From Candidatus Bathyarchaeia archaeon (lineage in GTDB: Archaea > Thermoproteota > Bathyarchaeia > Bathyarchaeales > Bathycorpusculaceae), in assembly GCA_037481775.1 (NCBI GenBank), contig JBBFKZ010000003.1, positions 64,001 through 128,000 on the forward strand: 64,000 nucleotides of DNA, read 5' to 3'. Each line of letters starts with the position of its first letter. Positions within the stretch are counted from its first letter, which is position 1. Of the stretch, positions 48,013-57,887 are shown piece by piece. The position numbers were made by a program, and so were the translations under genes. The notes beneath the pieces were generated by a model. It was given only the letters and a program-made list of their open reading frames with translations, was not told where the DNA came from and made no database searches.

Positions 48013-48812
48013 GGTCTCACATTCACCCCCTGCCTACGCAGATAGCCCTTTACAACTGGAACAGGATACTTGTTATAATGGAAGACAGAGGCAGCCAACG
48101 CTGCATCAGCCTTCCCATCCGTGAAAACTTGAAGGAAATGCTCCGGTTTTCCTGCGCCTCCGCTTGCGATGACTGGAACATTAACTTTCTCCGAAATCGT
48201 GCGTGTTAACTCTATGTCGTAGCCGTCTTCTGTGCCATCCCTGTCCATCGAGGTTACGAGAAACTCGCCTGCGCCTAGCTGCTCAGCCTGCAGCGCCCAC
48301 TCGACGGCGTCTATCCCTGTGGGTCTTCGTCCTCCATAGGTGTAAACCTCAAACCAGACGGGCCCCTCGCTTGTTTCGACCGTTACCCTATCCGCCTGCC
48401 GCCCGCTTCTACGTTTGGCGTCGATGGCTACCACAACGCACTGTTGCCCAAACACTTCAGCCAGCTCAGTTATTAACCGCGGGTTTTCGACAGCAGCCGT
48501 GTTCACCGAGACCTTGTCTGCGCCGCTGCAGAGAATCAGCCGAGCGTCGGCGACGCTACGGATTCCGCCGCCGACGGTGAAGGGAATGTTTATCGCTTTC
48601 GCCACGCCCTCCACGACGCCACGCAAGATGTCTCTTTTTTCCGCGGATGCAGTGATGTCAAGGAAAACCAGCTCGTCAGCGCCCTCGTCTGAGTAGCGCT
48701 TCGCCAACTCCACTGGGTCGCCTGCCTTCTTCAGGTTTACGAAGTTGATTCCCTTAACCACTTTGCCATGGTCAACATCCAAGCATGGAATTATCCGCTT
48801 CGCCAACGTCAT
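48006..48812 (-). CDS. hisF: Imidazole glycerol phosphate synthase cyclase subunit
   Basis: [24 protein letters not shown]. Confidence 0.97.
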   Translation of the reverse strand: MTLAKRIIPCLDVDHGKVVKGINFVNLKKAGDPVELAKRYSDEGADELVFLDITASAEKRDILRGVVEGVAKAINIPFTVGGGIRSVADARLILCSGADKVSVNTAAVENPRLITELAEVFGQQCVVVAIDAKRRSGRQADRVTVETSEGPVWFEVYTYGGRRPTGIDAVEWALQAEQLGAGEFLVTSMDRDGTEDGYDIELTRTISEKVNVPVIASGGAGKPEHFLQVFTDGKADAALAASVFHYNKYPVPVVKGYLRRQGVNVRPW

Positions 48813-48818
48813 AGCTTC

Positions 48819-49544
48819 TCAAGCTTCTCCTATGCTGTTTAATGCCTCTTTCAAAGTGAAGCTGCCCTCGTAAAGAGCCTTACCAATAACCACGCCCGCC
48901 ACGCCTATACGTTTCAGCGCTATTAAATCATTTAAGCTGCCTATTCCGCCAGCAGCGATTATCTCCACATCCGACTGTGCGCATGCTTCCTGTAGCGTTT
49001 CAAGGTCTGGACCTGAAAGGGTGCCATCCCGAGTTATGGAAGTTATGAGGAATACGCGAACGCCTAACGCGGTGAACTTTTCCATTGTTTCCTGCAGGCA
49101 CGTCGCTGCCTCTGTTTGCCAGCCCGCCACCATTATTTTTCCATCTCTATTATCCAAGGCTACAATCACGGCTTCTGCGCCGAATTCCCGCTGAATCTGC
49201 GTTATCGCCGATGGATCGGTGAATGCCAACGCGCCGAGGATCACTTGTTTTATTCCCAGCTTTAGCAGCCTTCGTGCAGTTTCGAGGCTGCGGATTCCGC
49301 CGCCAACCTGGATAGGCAAATTCACACTTTTCGCGATTTCCGCGATAACAGCCAAGTTGTCTCCAAAGCCGAAAGCCGCGTCTAAATCTATAATATGCAG
49401 CTTCCCAGCGCCTTCTGCACTCCATTTCTTCGCAGTTTCCACAGGCCCGCCGAACTGATCGTACACCTTCGCTGTTTTCGGATCGCCCCGTGTCAACCTA
49501 ACAATTTTGCCGTTCATCAAGTCAATAGCTGGAATCAACTGCAA
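48819..49544 (-). CDS. hisA: ProFAR isomerase
   Basis: IPAIDL, QVGGGIR, RDGTLSG. Confidence 0.96.
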   Translation of the reverse strand: MQLIPAIDLMNGKIVRLTRGDPKTAKVYDQFGGPVETAKKWSAEGAGKLHIIDLDAAFGFGDNLAVIAEIAKSVNLPIQVGGGIRSLETARRLLKLGIKQVILGALAFTDPSAITQIQREFGAEAVIVALDNRDGKIMVAGWQTEAATCLQETMEKFTALGVRVFLITSITRDGTLSGPDLETLQEACAQSDVEIIAAGGIGSLNDLIALKRIGVAGVVIGKALYEGSFTLKEALNSIGEA

Positions 49545-49552
49545 CTACCGCA

Positions 49553-50161
49553 TCACCTTTTCACTAACTTAGCAAAGTTCTCAAGAATCTTCAAGCCCAC
49601 GCTACCTGATTTTTCAGGGTGAAACTGCGTACCGTACACATTTTTGCTTGCGACCGCGGAAGCGAACGCAGCGCCGTAGTCTGTTTCAGCCGCGACAATG
49701 GCCTTGTCAGCGGGAACAGGATAAAGCGAGTGCACAAAATACACGTAAACTCCGTCGGCAACCCCATCAAATAGCTCGTTAGGCTTGACTATGTGCAGTG
49801 TATTCCAGCCCATGTGCGGCACCTTCACTTGACCACGTAACCGGACGGTTTTTCCCTTGAAAAGCGCCAAGCCCCTTCCAGGGCCCTCCTCGCTTTCCTC
49901 GAAGAAAAGCTGCAGCCCCAAGCATATTCCAAGAACGGGTTTGCCGCGTTCCACCGCGGCCAGCAACGTCTCTTTTACAGCCTCAAGTTTGGCGACAGCA
50001 GCAGAAAAGTTTCCAACACCGGGTAACGCGACGGCATCTGCATCGCGTAAATCAAGCGCTGACTCAGTGATTTTCGCTTTTAATCCTACCTTTTCCAAAG
50101 CGCACTTTAGGCTTAGAAGGTTTCCAACACCATAATCAAATATCGCTACTTGAGCCATCAA
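49553..50161 (-). CDS. hisH: IGP synthase glutaminase subunit
   Basis: DYGVGN, GICLGLQ, QFHPEKS. Confidence 0.96.
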   Translation of the reverse strand: MMAQVAIFDYGVGNLLSLKCALEKVGLKAKITESALDLRDADAVALPGVGNFSAAVAKLEAVKETLLAAVERGKPVLGICLGLQLFFEESEEGPGRGLALFKGKTVRLRGQVKVPHMGWNTLHIVKPNELFDGVADGVYVYFVHSLYPVPADKAIVAAETDYGAAFASAVASKNVYGTQFHPEKSGSVGLKILENFAKLVKR

Positions 50162-50733
50162 ATTACTCCCTTGGAGCTTGGCACACCCTTACGTCTGGGG
50201 TCAACAGCCACTGCTTGCCTCAGCGCCAGCGCCAACGCTTTAACCGCCGCCTCAGCCTTGTGGTGATCGTTGCTGCCGTACTGAACGAATACGTGAACGT
50301 TCGCGCAGAGCGAAGTAGCCAACGACTCGAAAAAGTGGTTAATGTCTTCTGTGGGCATGTCCTCGATTTTCTTGCCGCGAAGTTTCAAGTCAACCTTGAA
50401 GTAGGGGCGCTTCACGAGGTCAACGGCGGCGAAAGCTAAAGAGCAGTCCATGGGCGCTGCTGCGTAGCCGAAGCGCACTATGCCTTCGCGTGTGCCTAAC
50501 GCCTTGTTCAGCGCGTCGCCTAGGCCGATGGCGAGGTCTTCAACCGAGTGGTGCCGCAAGTCGCCTTTAACCTTGGCGGTTATGTCTATCAGGCTGTGCG
50601 TTGCCAACGAAGTAAGCAGGTGGTCGAGAAATGCCACGCCAGTATCAACAGCGGCTTTTCCTTCGCCGTCAAGATTTACGCTTACTTGAACTTCGGTTTC
50701 CTTAGTTTTTCTATAAACTTCCTCTCTCCTCAT
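50158..50733 (-). CDS. hisB: Imidazoleglycerol-phosphate dehydratase
   Basis: RKTKET, HHSVED, NDHHKAE. Confidence 0.96.
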   Translation of the reverse strand: MRREEVYRKTKETEVQVSVNLDGEGKAAVDTGVAFLDHLLTSLATHSLIDITAKVKGDLRHHSVEDLAIGLGDALNKALGTREGIVRFGYAAAPMDCSLAFAAVDLVKRPYFKVDLKLRGKKIEDMPTEDINHFFESLATSLCANVHVFVQYGSNDHHKAEAAVKALALALRQAVAVDPRRKGVPSSKGVI

Positions 50734-51851
50734 ACACTTTCACCCAAGCACTCTTTTAACGCGTTAAGGAGTTTAACGTTCATTTCAGGCAAGCCTACTG
50801 TGGCTCTGAGACAGTTCTCGTACGTCAATAGGCGCCCAAGTTTCTTGACTATTATGCCTCTCCTCAGCAGATCAACGTAAACATCCCCGTATGGCTTGCT
50901 TGTGTTGAGGAGCACAAAGTTTGCCTGCGAATCGAACGCCTCCACACCTCTTATCTCGTTCAGCCTGCTTATCAGTTTTCTCCGCTCATCCTTCAACGCG
51001 GCAACAGCCTCCTGTACTGTGCCAATGTTCTCCAGCAGTTTGCGGCCCATAGTCAACGATACAATGTTTATTGCGTAAGGCGCAGGAATCTTGTTAATAG
51101 CTTTCGCCAGCGCCGGGTTAGCCACTGCATAGCCGAGTCGAAGCCCAGCCAAGCCGAAAGCCTTCGAGAACGTGCGCAGAACCACAAGGTTCTCGTACTT
51201 TTCTATAAGTGGAATAACCGAGTAATCCGCGTATTCTCCATAAGCTTCATCAATCATTACTAAACCCGGAAAATCCTCAATTAAAGCCTCAATCTCTTCA
51301 AGGGCAAACTGGTTTCCAGTAGGGTTGTTCGGCGAGCACAAGTATAGCATTCTTGTTTCAGTGGTGAAGGCAGCGCGTAATCCGTCAACATCAAGCGCGA
51401 AGTCTTTCCGAAGCGGCACAGCCGCATATTCAGCGCCGTTGTATTTCACGCAGTAACGGAACACGCTGAAAGTTGGCGTAAAAGTCACAGCAACAGCGCC
51501 TTTCTCCAAGAATAGCCGCGTAACTCGGTCCATTACCTCGTCGCTGGAGTTGCCTACGGCAATGCACTCGGGTTGCAATTGGAGGTACTTGGCTATGGCT
51601 TCGCGTAGCTGCTCTTCCTCCTCCTGCGGATAAAGCCTTAAATCGCATTCGTCTGCCACCTCCTTCAAAAGCTCGGCAATTTTTTCCCTGGGGATGTATA
51701 GGTTTTCATTGAAATTCAGCTTGATGATGTCGGCAGGCGAAAGCGCATACTCCTTTGCCACGCTTTCTATGGTTTTTTCAGGAGCGTAGCTTTCTAAGGC
51801 TTCTATTTTCGCCAGCTTGCTTTCCAGCCACTTCCTACCTTTCGCGTTCAT
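50730..51851 (-). CDS. hisC: Histidinol-phosphate aminotransferase
   Basis: SPNNPTG, DEAY, RTFSKAFGLAGLRLG. Confidence 0.95.
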   Translation of the reverse strand: MNAKGRKWLESKLAKIEALESYAPEKTIESVAKEYALSPADIIKLNFNENLYIPREKIAELLKEVADECDLRLYPQEEEEQLREAIAKYLQLQPECIAVGNSSDEVMDRVTRLFLEKGAVAVTFTPTFSVFRYCVKYNGAEYAAVPLRKDFALDVDGLRAAFTTETRMLYLCSPNNPTGNQFALEEIEALIEDFPGLVMIDEAYGEYADYSVIPLIEKYENLVVLRTFSKAFGLAGLRLGYAVANPALAKAINKIPAPYAINIVSLTMGRKLLENIGTVQEAVAALKDERRKLISRLNEIRGVEAFDSQANFVLLNTSKPYGDVYVDLLRRGIIVKKLGRLLTYENCLRATVGLPEMNVKLLNALKECLGESV

Positions 51852-53152
51852 TTTTCCAGTCTCGCTTCGAGAGCTTTATAGTGATTGGGAAGGTTTTCTG
51901 CTTCAGTTATGACCTTCACAAGCGCTTGCGCACGTTGCAGTCCTTCCCTTGAGCATTCAACAATGTTTACTCTTCTTACGAAATCAAGCGCTGACAAACC
52001 TGAAAAGGCGCTTCCGAAGCCGCCTGTGGGTAAAACATGATTTGTTCCGCTTGCATAATCGCTTAAGGCAACAGGGCTATAAGGGCCAATAAGGATTAAT
52101 CCGGCTGACGTTATTCGCTCTGCTATTTTCTCAGGTTCGCGGGTCATTATCTCTATGTGCTCGGGAGCAAAAACATTTGCCAGCTCAACGGCTTCAGCCA
52201 TGTCTTTACAGGTTATTATGAAGCCAAAATTCTCCAGCGCTTTAGTAACTACTTCGCGGCGTTCCGCTGCGGCAACTGATTTCTCCAGCCAAAACTGCAC
52301 TTCCTTTGCAAGCCGCTCAGAAGTGGTTATCATCCCAGCAACGCTGTCCACGCCGTGTTCCGCCTGCGAAATCATGTCAAGAGCAATAAGCCGCGGGTTC
52401 GCCGTCTCATCAGCCAAAACGAGAACCTCGCTGGGTCCTGCAGGCATGTCAACTGCAACATCCTTTGAAACCAAAATCTTCGCCGCTGTCACATACCTAT
52501 TTCCTGGACCTACAATTTTCTTAACCGGCTTAATTGTTTCTGTTCCATACGCCAAAGCAGCAATCGCTTGGGCGCCTCCAACCTTGTAGACTTCATTGAC
52601 GCCGCAGATGTCCGCGGCAACAAGCACCAGCGGGTTCACTTCATCCTTAGCGTTAGGCGGCGAACAAACCACTATCCTCGGCACACCAGCCACTTTTGCG
52701 GGCACTGCGGTCATGATCAGCGTGCTTGGATAAGCCGCTAGGCCGCCTGGGACATAGCAGCCTACGCTTTCGATTGGGCGCAGAACGCTTTGGATGATGA
52801 TGCCGTCTTTGGAGGTTTTCAGGGGCACTTGCTTCAGCTTTAGGCTTTCGAATGCGCTAATTTTATCTTTCATCAGCTTAAGCGCGGAAACCTGTTCTTG
52901 GCTCACTGATTTATAGGCAGCTTCAACTTCTGCTGGCTTGACGCTTAAGTCTTCGGCGTCTAAGCGAACTTTATCAAATTTTTCTGTTAACTCGACAAGC
53001 GCAGCGTCGCCTTCTTTTGTGACTTGGCTGATTATGGCTTTAACGGCGCTTTCAAGCTGCTCGTTTGCTGTATCATTCGGCACTTGCCTGCTGAACCAGC
53101 CCGCTGGAAGCGCAGTAGATTTCCAGAGTTTCACTGGCGCTCGGCTTCGCAC
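51848..53152 (-). CDS. hisD: Histidinol dehydrogenase
   Basis: GCYVPGG, AGPSE, SQAEH, APEH, GTNHVLPT. Confidence 0.97.
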   Translation of the reverse strand: MRSRAPVKLWKSTALPAGWFSRQVPNDTANEQLESAVKAIISQVTKEGDAALVELTEKFDKVRLDAEDLSVKPAEVEAAYKSVSQEQVSALKLMKDKISAFESLKLKQVPLKTSKDGIIIQSVLRPIESVGCYVPGGLAAYPSTLIMTAVPAKVAGVPRIVVCSPPNAKDEVNPLVLVAADICGVNEVYKVGGAQAIAALAYGTETIKPVKKIVGPGNRYVTAAKILVSKDVAVDMPAGPSEVLVLADETANPRLIALDMISQAEHGVDSVAGMITTSERLAKEVQFWLEKSVAAAERREVVTKALENFGFIITCKDMAEAVELANVFAPEHIEIMTREPEKIAERITSAGLILIGPYSPVALSDYASGTNHVLPTGGFGSAFSGLSALDFVRRVNIVECSREGLQRAQALVKVITEAENLPNHYKALEARLEK

Positions 53153-54129
53153 CTGTTTTCTTCTCTCCTGCTTATCTCATCCAAAGCCAGCACTTGCCGT
53201 GGTTCATAAACAACAAGTCCCTGCGCAAGCTTGCGAATTTTAGGCAAGAGATCTATGAGGCAGTCTTTTTCGATTATCGTGTTAACGGAGCACCAGTTTT
53301 CATCCGCCAACGGCGCAATCGTGGGGTTCTTCAACGCGGGCAGCTCTGCGATTAGCTTCTTCAGGTTCTTTTTTTCCACGTTTACGAATATGTGAATGCG
53401 TTTGGCGCCGTCCACTACTCCCTTTAGTAGGGTTAGGATATCGTAGATTTTTTCTTTCTTCTGCACATCAGTTAGCGCTTTCTTGTTCGCTATGAGCACA
53501 GCTGAAGATTGCATTACCGTCTCGATTATCTTCAAGTTGTTTGCGTCCAAGGTTGAACCAGTTTCGGTGACGTCGATTATGCAGTCAGCGTTTTCTGGAG
53601 GTTTGGCTTCTGTAGCGCCGAAAGACAAGAATATTTTTGCCCGTGGGTTTTCACCTTTTCTCCACCATGGCGTTACTATAAGCGGCTCCGCGTCGCCGAA
53701 ACGCTTCTTATAGGCAGGGTTATTTTTCACGTATGCCGCGGCAATGTTCAAGTATTCAGTGGATACCCGAAAGTTTTTTCCGCTGCTCCAAACATTCTCC
53801 ATGAGCTCCGACAACGTGTTTGCATTCGAACTCTTGGGTATAGCTACTACCAGCCGTATTTTTCCGTACTCCAAGTTCTGGAGCACTTCAACGTCCGCGC
53901 ATGTTTCTTTAATCCAGTCTTGACCAGTGATGCCTACATCTTGCAAGCCTTCGCCGACGAAGACGGGAATCTCCTGCGGTCGAATGATTTTCAATTCGAT
54001 TTTGGGATCATTGATTGTCGGGCGGTAAGTGCGGTCTTGACCAGAGATTTTGTATCCAGAGCGCTGCAGGATTTCAAAGGTTGCTTTGGCTAAAGAGCCG
54101 GCGGGTATGGCAAATCTTACTTTTTCCAT
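53131..54129 (-). CDS. hisG: ATP phosphoribosyltransferase (long form)
   Basis: RPQEIP, GITGQD, GATE, DVTETGSTL, C-terminal regulatory domain. Confidence 0.95.
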   Translation of the reverse strand: MEKVRFAIPAGSLAKATFEILQRSGYKISGQDRTYRPTINDPKIELKIIRPQEIPVFVGEGLQDVGITGQDWIKETCADVEVLQNLEYGKIRLVVAIPKSSNANTLSELMENVWSSGKNFRVSTEYLNIAAAYVKNNPAYKKRFGDAEPLIVTPWWRKGENPRAKIFLSFGATEAKPPENADCIIDVTETGSTLDANNLKIIETVMQSSAVLIANKKALTDVQKKEKIYDILTLLKGVVDGAKRIHIFVNVEKKNLKKLIAELPALKNPTIAPLADENWCSVNTIIEKDCLIDLLPKIRKLAQGLVVYEPRQVLALDEISRREENRCEAERQ

Positions 54130-54395
54130 TTTTTAATCACCTTCAATTTTTTGTTACAGTTATTACTCCTAAACGAAATTAGGAGGCTTCTTGAAAAAAC
54201 TATTCTTTTGAGGGATGCGCATAGTATAGGGTACTTGCTTGTTTTTAGGCTAAAGATTTTTGGGCTGCTTCTGCTGCTAATGAATGCAACCGCCTTGTAT
54301 GAACGCAATCCCTCAACTTTATCACTAAAGCGCACCATAAGCTAGTCAGTTCCTAATAAACCTATCCATCTGAAACGCAGCGAGCATTCTCGATG

Positions 54396-54989
54396 TTACT
54401 GAAGGGGTGGCGCTTTTTGCGGTTTTATTTCGAAAACTAGCGGAGGCACAGTGGTTTTAATGTCCAGCTTCACGTCGAATAGACCTTCCAGGATGCCTTG
54501 CCAAATTTCCACGTGGCTTATGAAAGGCATTTTTATGAGCAGATACTTGTCTTTTAGATAGAAGTCGCCGAACCCCTGAACTCTTAAGCGTTTGAAGATG
54601 CTTTCCCAATTTTCACGTTGCATCGCTTGAAGACCCAGGGTTGTTTCCATTGAGACTTTCAAGGCTTCACCCATTTTTACCCCGAGTTCACGCCACTTCT
54701 CTCTTGGAATATGCTGAAGTAAAATATTAAGTAACTCCACGTTAACGAAAGCGATGCGGCTTATGCCGCAGTAATATTCGCCGGGAAAGCGCCAATCATA
54801 AACCATCATGCTTCGGTAAACGTCAAGCATTTTGGATATGAGAGGTTTGATGCCTGGTTCTTTTCCCTCTTTTATAAGCGAGTCTACGAATTCTCTTTCT
54901 TCCTTATCTAGTATGATCGTTGTTCTTTTTGTCGGTTCCTCATCTTTTCCAACAATTTCCTCTAGTCGTTTTCTTTTATCATTCTGCAT
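54396..54989 (-). CDS. RHH plus V4R-like putative regulator
   Basis: RTTIILD...LISKML RHH-like N-terminus; ELGVKMG...QGFG...GILEG V4R-like C-terminus. Confidence 0.55.
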   Translation of the reverse strand: MQNDKRKRLEEIVGKDEEPTKRTTIILDKEEREFVDSLIKEGKEPGIKPLISKMLDVYRSMMVYDWRFPGEYYCGISRIAFVNVELLNILLQHIPREKWRELGVKMGEALKVSMETTLGLQAMQRENWESIFKRLRVQGFGDFYLKDKYLLIKMPFISHVEIWQGILEGLFDVKLDIKTTVPPLVFEIKPQKAPPLQ

Positions 54990-55084
54990 ACTAATTATTC
55001 CTTCGTGAATATTTTATATGCTTTTCCAACTGTGCAAGAAAACCGAAGAAAATTTAATAGCTGCGGCTGCGGCTTTCTAGAAAA

Positions 55085-55142
55085 TGCCGATGAAGAATCC
55101 AAAATGCTGACTGTGATGATGCACCCTGGGGTATCTGAGGCA
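55085..55142 (+). ncRNA. Box C/D methylation guide sRNA
   Basis: TGCC stem, box C ATGAAGA (55090), D' CTGA (55107), C' GTGATGA (55113), D CTGA (55135), GGCA; intergenic with canonical spacing. Confidence 0.8.
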
Positions 55143-55146
55143 AAAC

Positions 55147-55389
55147 TTAGAATTCGACAATCTTCTTTTTGACAAGAAAGAGCAGCAGCAATAAGCCTGC
55201 TATGAATAAGATGAAGCCTGAAACCACTGAGGCAACATAGTTCACGTTTAAAACGTCTGCGAGCATGTAGGAAACATATGTGGGACCTGCGAAAATAAGG
55301 AAAGTAGCAAAAATTATCAGAAAAATTCTCATGAATTTTGAATTGACAACAGTGCCCTCCATGTTATTGCTTTCATCTTTCTCAATCAT
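55147..55389 (-). CDS. Small two-TM membrane protein
   Basis: Two hydrophobic helices and a basic tail. Confidence 0.7.
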   Translation of the reverse strand: MIEKDESNNMEGTVVNSKFMRIFLIIFATFLIFAGPTYVSYMLADVLNVNYVASVVSGFILFIAGLLLLLFLVKKKIVEF

Positions 55390-55431
55390 TCTGAACCCTA
55401 CTTTGCAAGTGTTTAGATTTAATGCTTTTTC

Positions 55432-56076
55432 TTATAACCCCTCTTTTATCTCTTTTCCTAAAATCTTCATTAAAAACTTGAAAACCATAAAGCCAGCGCC
55501 ACGATCAGCCTTAAATCCAGGCGTACTGCCAAGTAAGCATATGCCGTCTATGTTGTGTTCTTTTGCAAGAGCCAGCGTAAGCCCAGTTCCCCCCACTATT
55601 CGGCCTTTACTGTATAGTACGGCGCCTTTTTCCATGAACTCAGCAGCTAACCGTGGTGAAGTTGCGGCCACATACACTTGAGGCTTATCTTCTAGCATGG
55701 GCACTCCGCCGAGTGTTATTGCAAAATGGCAGCCCATCTTCTCGATGAAATCTACTATTTCAGCACAAACGTGATAATGTGCCACAACATCATCAAACGA
55801 AGGCTGCATTTCTCCCGTCATAATAACAAGATTGTTCTTCTCCATCGGCGCGAAGTAAAACTCGTATTTTGGCAATAAGCATATTCCCTTTGAACTCACA
55901 GATACATAGTCTGGAAAATAAGGTGAATAAAATTCTGCAAAGAGTTTCGCTCCGCAAAATTTTATCAAAAGATGCGCGGCTATTCTTCCGACATTGCCGA
56001 AGCCCGGGAGCCCTTGGACAAAAACTGGATTTTCAAATGCTGGCTTGAATATTTCACGCAGGTACGGTTTATCCAT
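55432..56076 (-). CDS. PAC2-family proteasome assembly chaperone-like protein
   Basis: GLPGFGNVGRIAA, GEMQP, TLGG. Confidence 0.88.
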   Translation of the reverse strand: MDKPYLREIFKPAFENPVFVQGLPGFGNVGRIAAHLLIKFCGAKLFAEFYSPYFPDYVSVSSKGICLLPKYEFYFAPMEKNNLVIMTGEMQPSFDDVVAHYHVCAEIVDFIEKMGCHFAITLGGVPMLEDKPQVYVAATSPRLAAEFMEKGAVLYSKGRIVGGTGLTLALAKEHNIDGICLLGSTPGFKADRGAGFMVFKFLMKILGKEIKEGL

Positions 56077-56207
56077 TCACTATGCACCATTGCTAAAGAG
56101 GTATAATCGCAACTAAAATGCTTTCGCCAAAAGTAAAAAAGAAACTATTAATATTTGGCAAGTTAGTAGTTACTAAACGGATTTGAAAGAGCAGCTTGCA
56201 TAAACGA

Positions 56208-56286
56208 AGCGGGGTGGGGTAGCCAGGATTAACCCGCTGGGCTCATAACCCAGAGATCAGTAGTTCAAATCTACTCCCCGCTACCA
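56208..56286 (+). tRNA. Initiator tRNA-Met(CAT) with encoded CCA
   Basis: A1-U72 acceptor AGCGGGG/CCCCGCT; anticodon arm CTGGG CT-CAT-AA CCCAG with three G-C pairs. Confidence 0.96.
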
Positions 56287-56350
56287 AAATTTATGCTTAC
56301 TTTGGAATATAGAACGGAAAAAGCGTTATGCCAGAAATTAATGGTTTGAG

Positions 56351-56587
56351 TTAGAGGCTTGACAGTTCGCCTGTTGTTAATCCATTTAGGTTGCCGTTTC
56401 CAAAATCAATTGTATAACCATTTATTGTTAATTTCTCAACTTCCAAGAGAGATTGCCAAAATTCTGCCTCCAGCCGCTGCAGCTTCAGGCTTTCTTTAAC
56501 TTTTTGGAGAACACAGACTTTTTTTGCGGTAGACAAAGTAAGTAAGTTAATTTTTTTAGGTTTATGGTTTTTCTTTCTTGTACTCAT
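56351..56587 (-). CDS. Hypothetical protein
   Basis: 78-aa ORF filling the gap; no motif recognised. Confidence 0.35.
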   Translation of the reverse strand: MSTRKKNHKPKKINLLTLSTAKKVCVLQKVKESLKLQRLEAEFWQSLLEVEKLTINGYTIDFGNGNLNGLTTGELSSL

Positions 56588-56768
56588 CTGCTTTACCCGC
56601 TACGAAGATATCGCATGTATTAATAAATCCGTTCTTTCTTGCTGCAGCACATGTCAAAATTAGACATATTTCCAATTTTCAATGGAGCCAAAGAAGATTT
56701 AGGAAGATCAACGAAAAAATGATATAAGAAAAAAGGTCGGGTATTGCTGCGATAAAATATTTCGGCTT

Positions 56769-56966
56769 TCAGGCTTTCCCTTTTTCTTCCTTGCCGAAAT
56801 ACGTTGTCCATTTGAGCTTGCGCGCGTCTCTTCTAAACTCTAGCGAGCTTTTTTTGCATTTGCTTGAACAGAACCATAAAATGGAGCCATCGTTTCTCAC
56901 GTACATCATACCAGTGCCAGCTGGGAAATCATTACCGCAAAACGAACATTTTCGTGGTTTAGGCAT
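56769..56966 (-). CDS. rpl24e: Ribosomal protein eL24
   Basis: [22 protein letters not shown]; start at MPKPRK. Confidence 0.96.
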   Translation of the reverse strand: MPKPRKCSFCGNDFPAGTGMMYVRNDGSILWFCSSKCKKSSLEFRRDARKLKWTTYFGKEEKGKA

Positions 56967-57002
56967 TGGCAACTCCTCTTTGACTGTCTGACCCCGCATT
57001 TT

Positions 57003-57236
57003 TTATCGGGTAATTTTCTTTGCTTCCCTTTCTGTTTCTCTCAGCATTAAGATGTCTTGAACCCGCACTGGACCCTTAACATTGCGCGTTATGATGCGCC
57101 CTTTGTCTTTTCCTTCCAAAATGCGCACTCGCACTTGAGTAATTTCTCCAGTAACTCCTGTGCGCCCTATTATTTGGATTACTTCTGAGGGAGTAAGTTC
57201 CTCTTCAGCTGCTGCTTTTTCTGCTTTGCTCATCAC
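57003..57236 (-). CDS. rps28e: Ribosomal protein eS28
   Basis: [26 protein letters not shown]. Confidence 0.97.
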   Translation of the reverse strand: MMSKAEKAAAEEELTPSEVIQIIGRTGVTGEITQVRVRILEGKDKGRIITRNVKGPVRVQDILMLRETEREAKKITR

Positions 57237-57613
57237 TGAGCTCCTCTTTTAATCTGCTCAATTCGTGTGATGATTTCTTTGATTAATCCTGTAGCTTCTC
57301 CTTCCTTTATGATGCATGCGGAAGCAGCAGGAACCTCTATGCCCACTGCATTGCCCAACTTGTCCTTATTTGGGACGAACACGAAGGGAATTTTTCTTTC
57401 TTCACAAAGGAGCGGCAAATGAGCGACAACTTCCGGCGGGTCAACATCTTCAGCTATAACCACAAGCTTCGCTTGAGCTCGTTCAACAGCTTTGGTTGCC
57501 TCGTTTGTTCCTTTTCTGACTACGCCTGTTTTTGAAGCTATCTGCAGGGCTTCATAGGCTGCGTCTACTAACTCTTTCGGTGTTTCATATTTTACATAGA
57601 ATGGTTTGGACAT
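57233..57613 (-). CDS. rpl7ae: Ribosomal protein L7Ae
   Basis: [27 protein letters not shown]. Confidence 0.97.
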   Translation of the reverse strand: MSKPFYVKYETPKELVDAAYEALQIASKTGVVRKGTNEATKAVERAQAKLVVIAEDVDPPEVVAHLPLLCEERKIPFVFVPNKDKLGNAVGIEVPAASACIIKEGEATGLIKEIITRIEQIKRGAQ

Positions 57614-57887
57614 ATAGCCTCACCCTTTTAAGGCACAGTCTATTCAACACTTCTTATTTATGAAGCTTTCTGCTAAAAAAGTAAGTATCGAGTTGAAAAG
57701 TTCAGCGCAGAAGCGGCTTTCGTATTGTGCTGCCTTGAAAACGCCTGATAACGATGCTGGAGACAAATGAGCAAACTGATCAGCTGCCACTAATGCCACA
57801 TAAACAAGCGCCTTCAGAAAAAAGGGCAGGGGATGCAGCTTTATTCTGCTTTATGAAAAAGTGGGCTGTGACTACCAGGCTTAACGG

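Noticed and set aside
54117-54338. His attenuator leader peptide
   Set aside because: The 73-aa ORF contains no His codons and is not protein-like.
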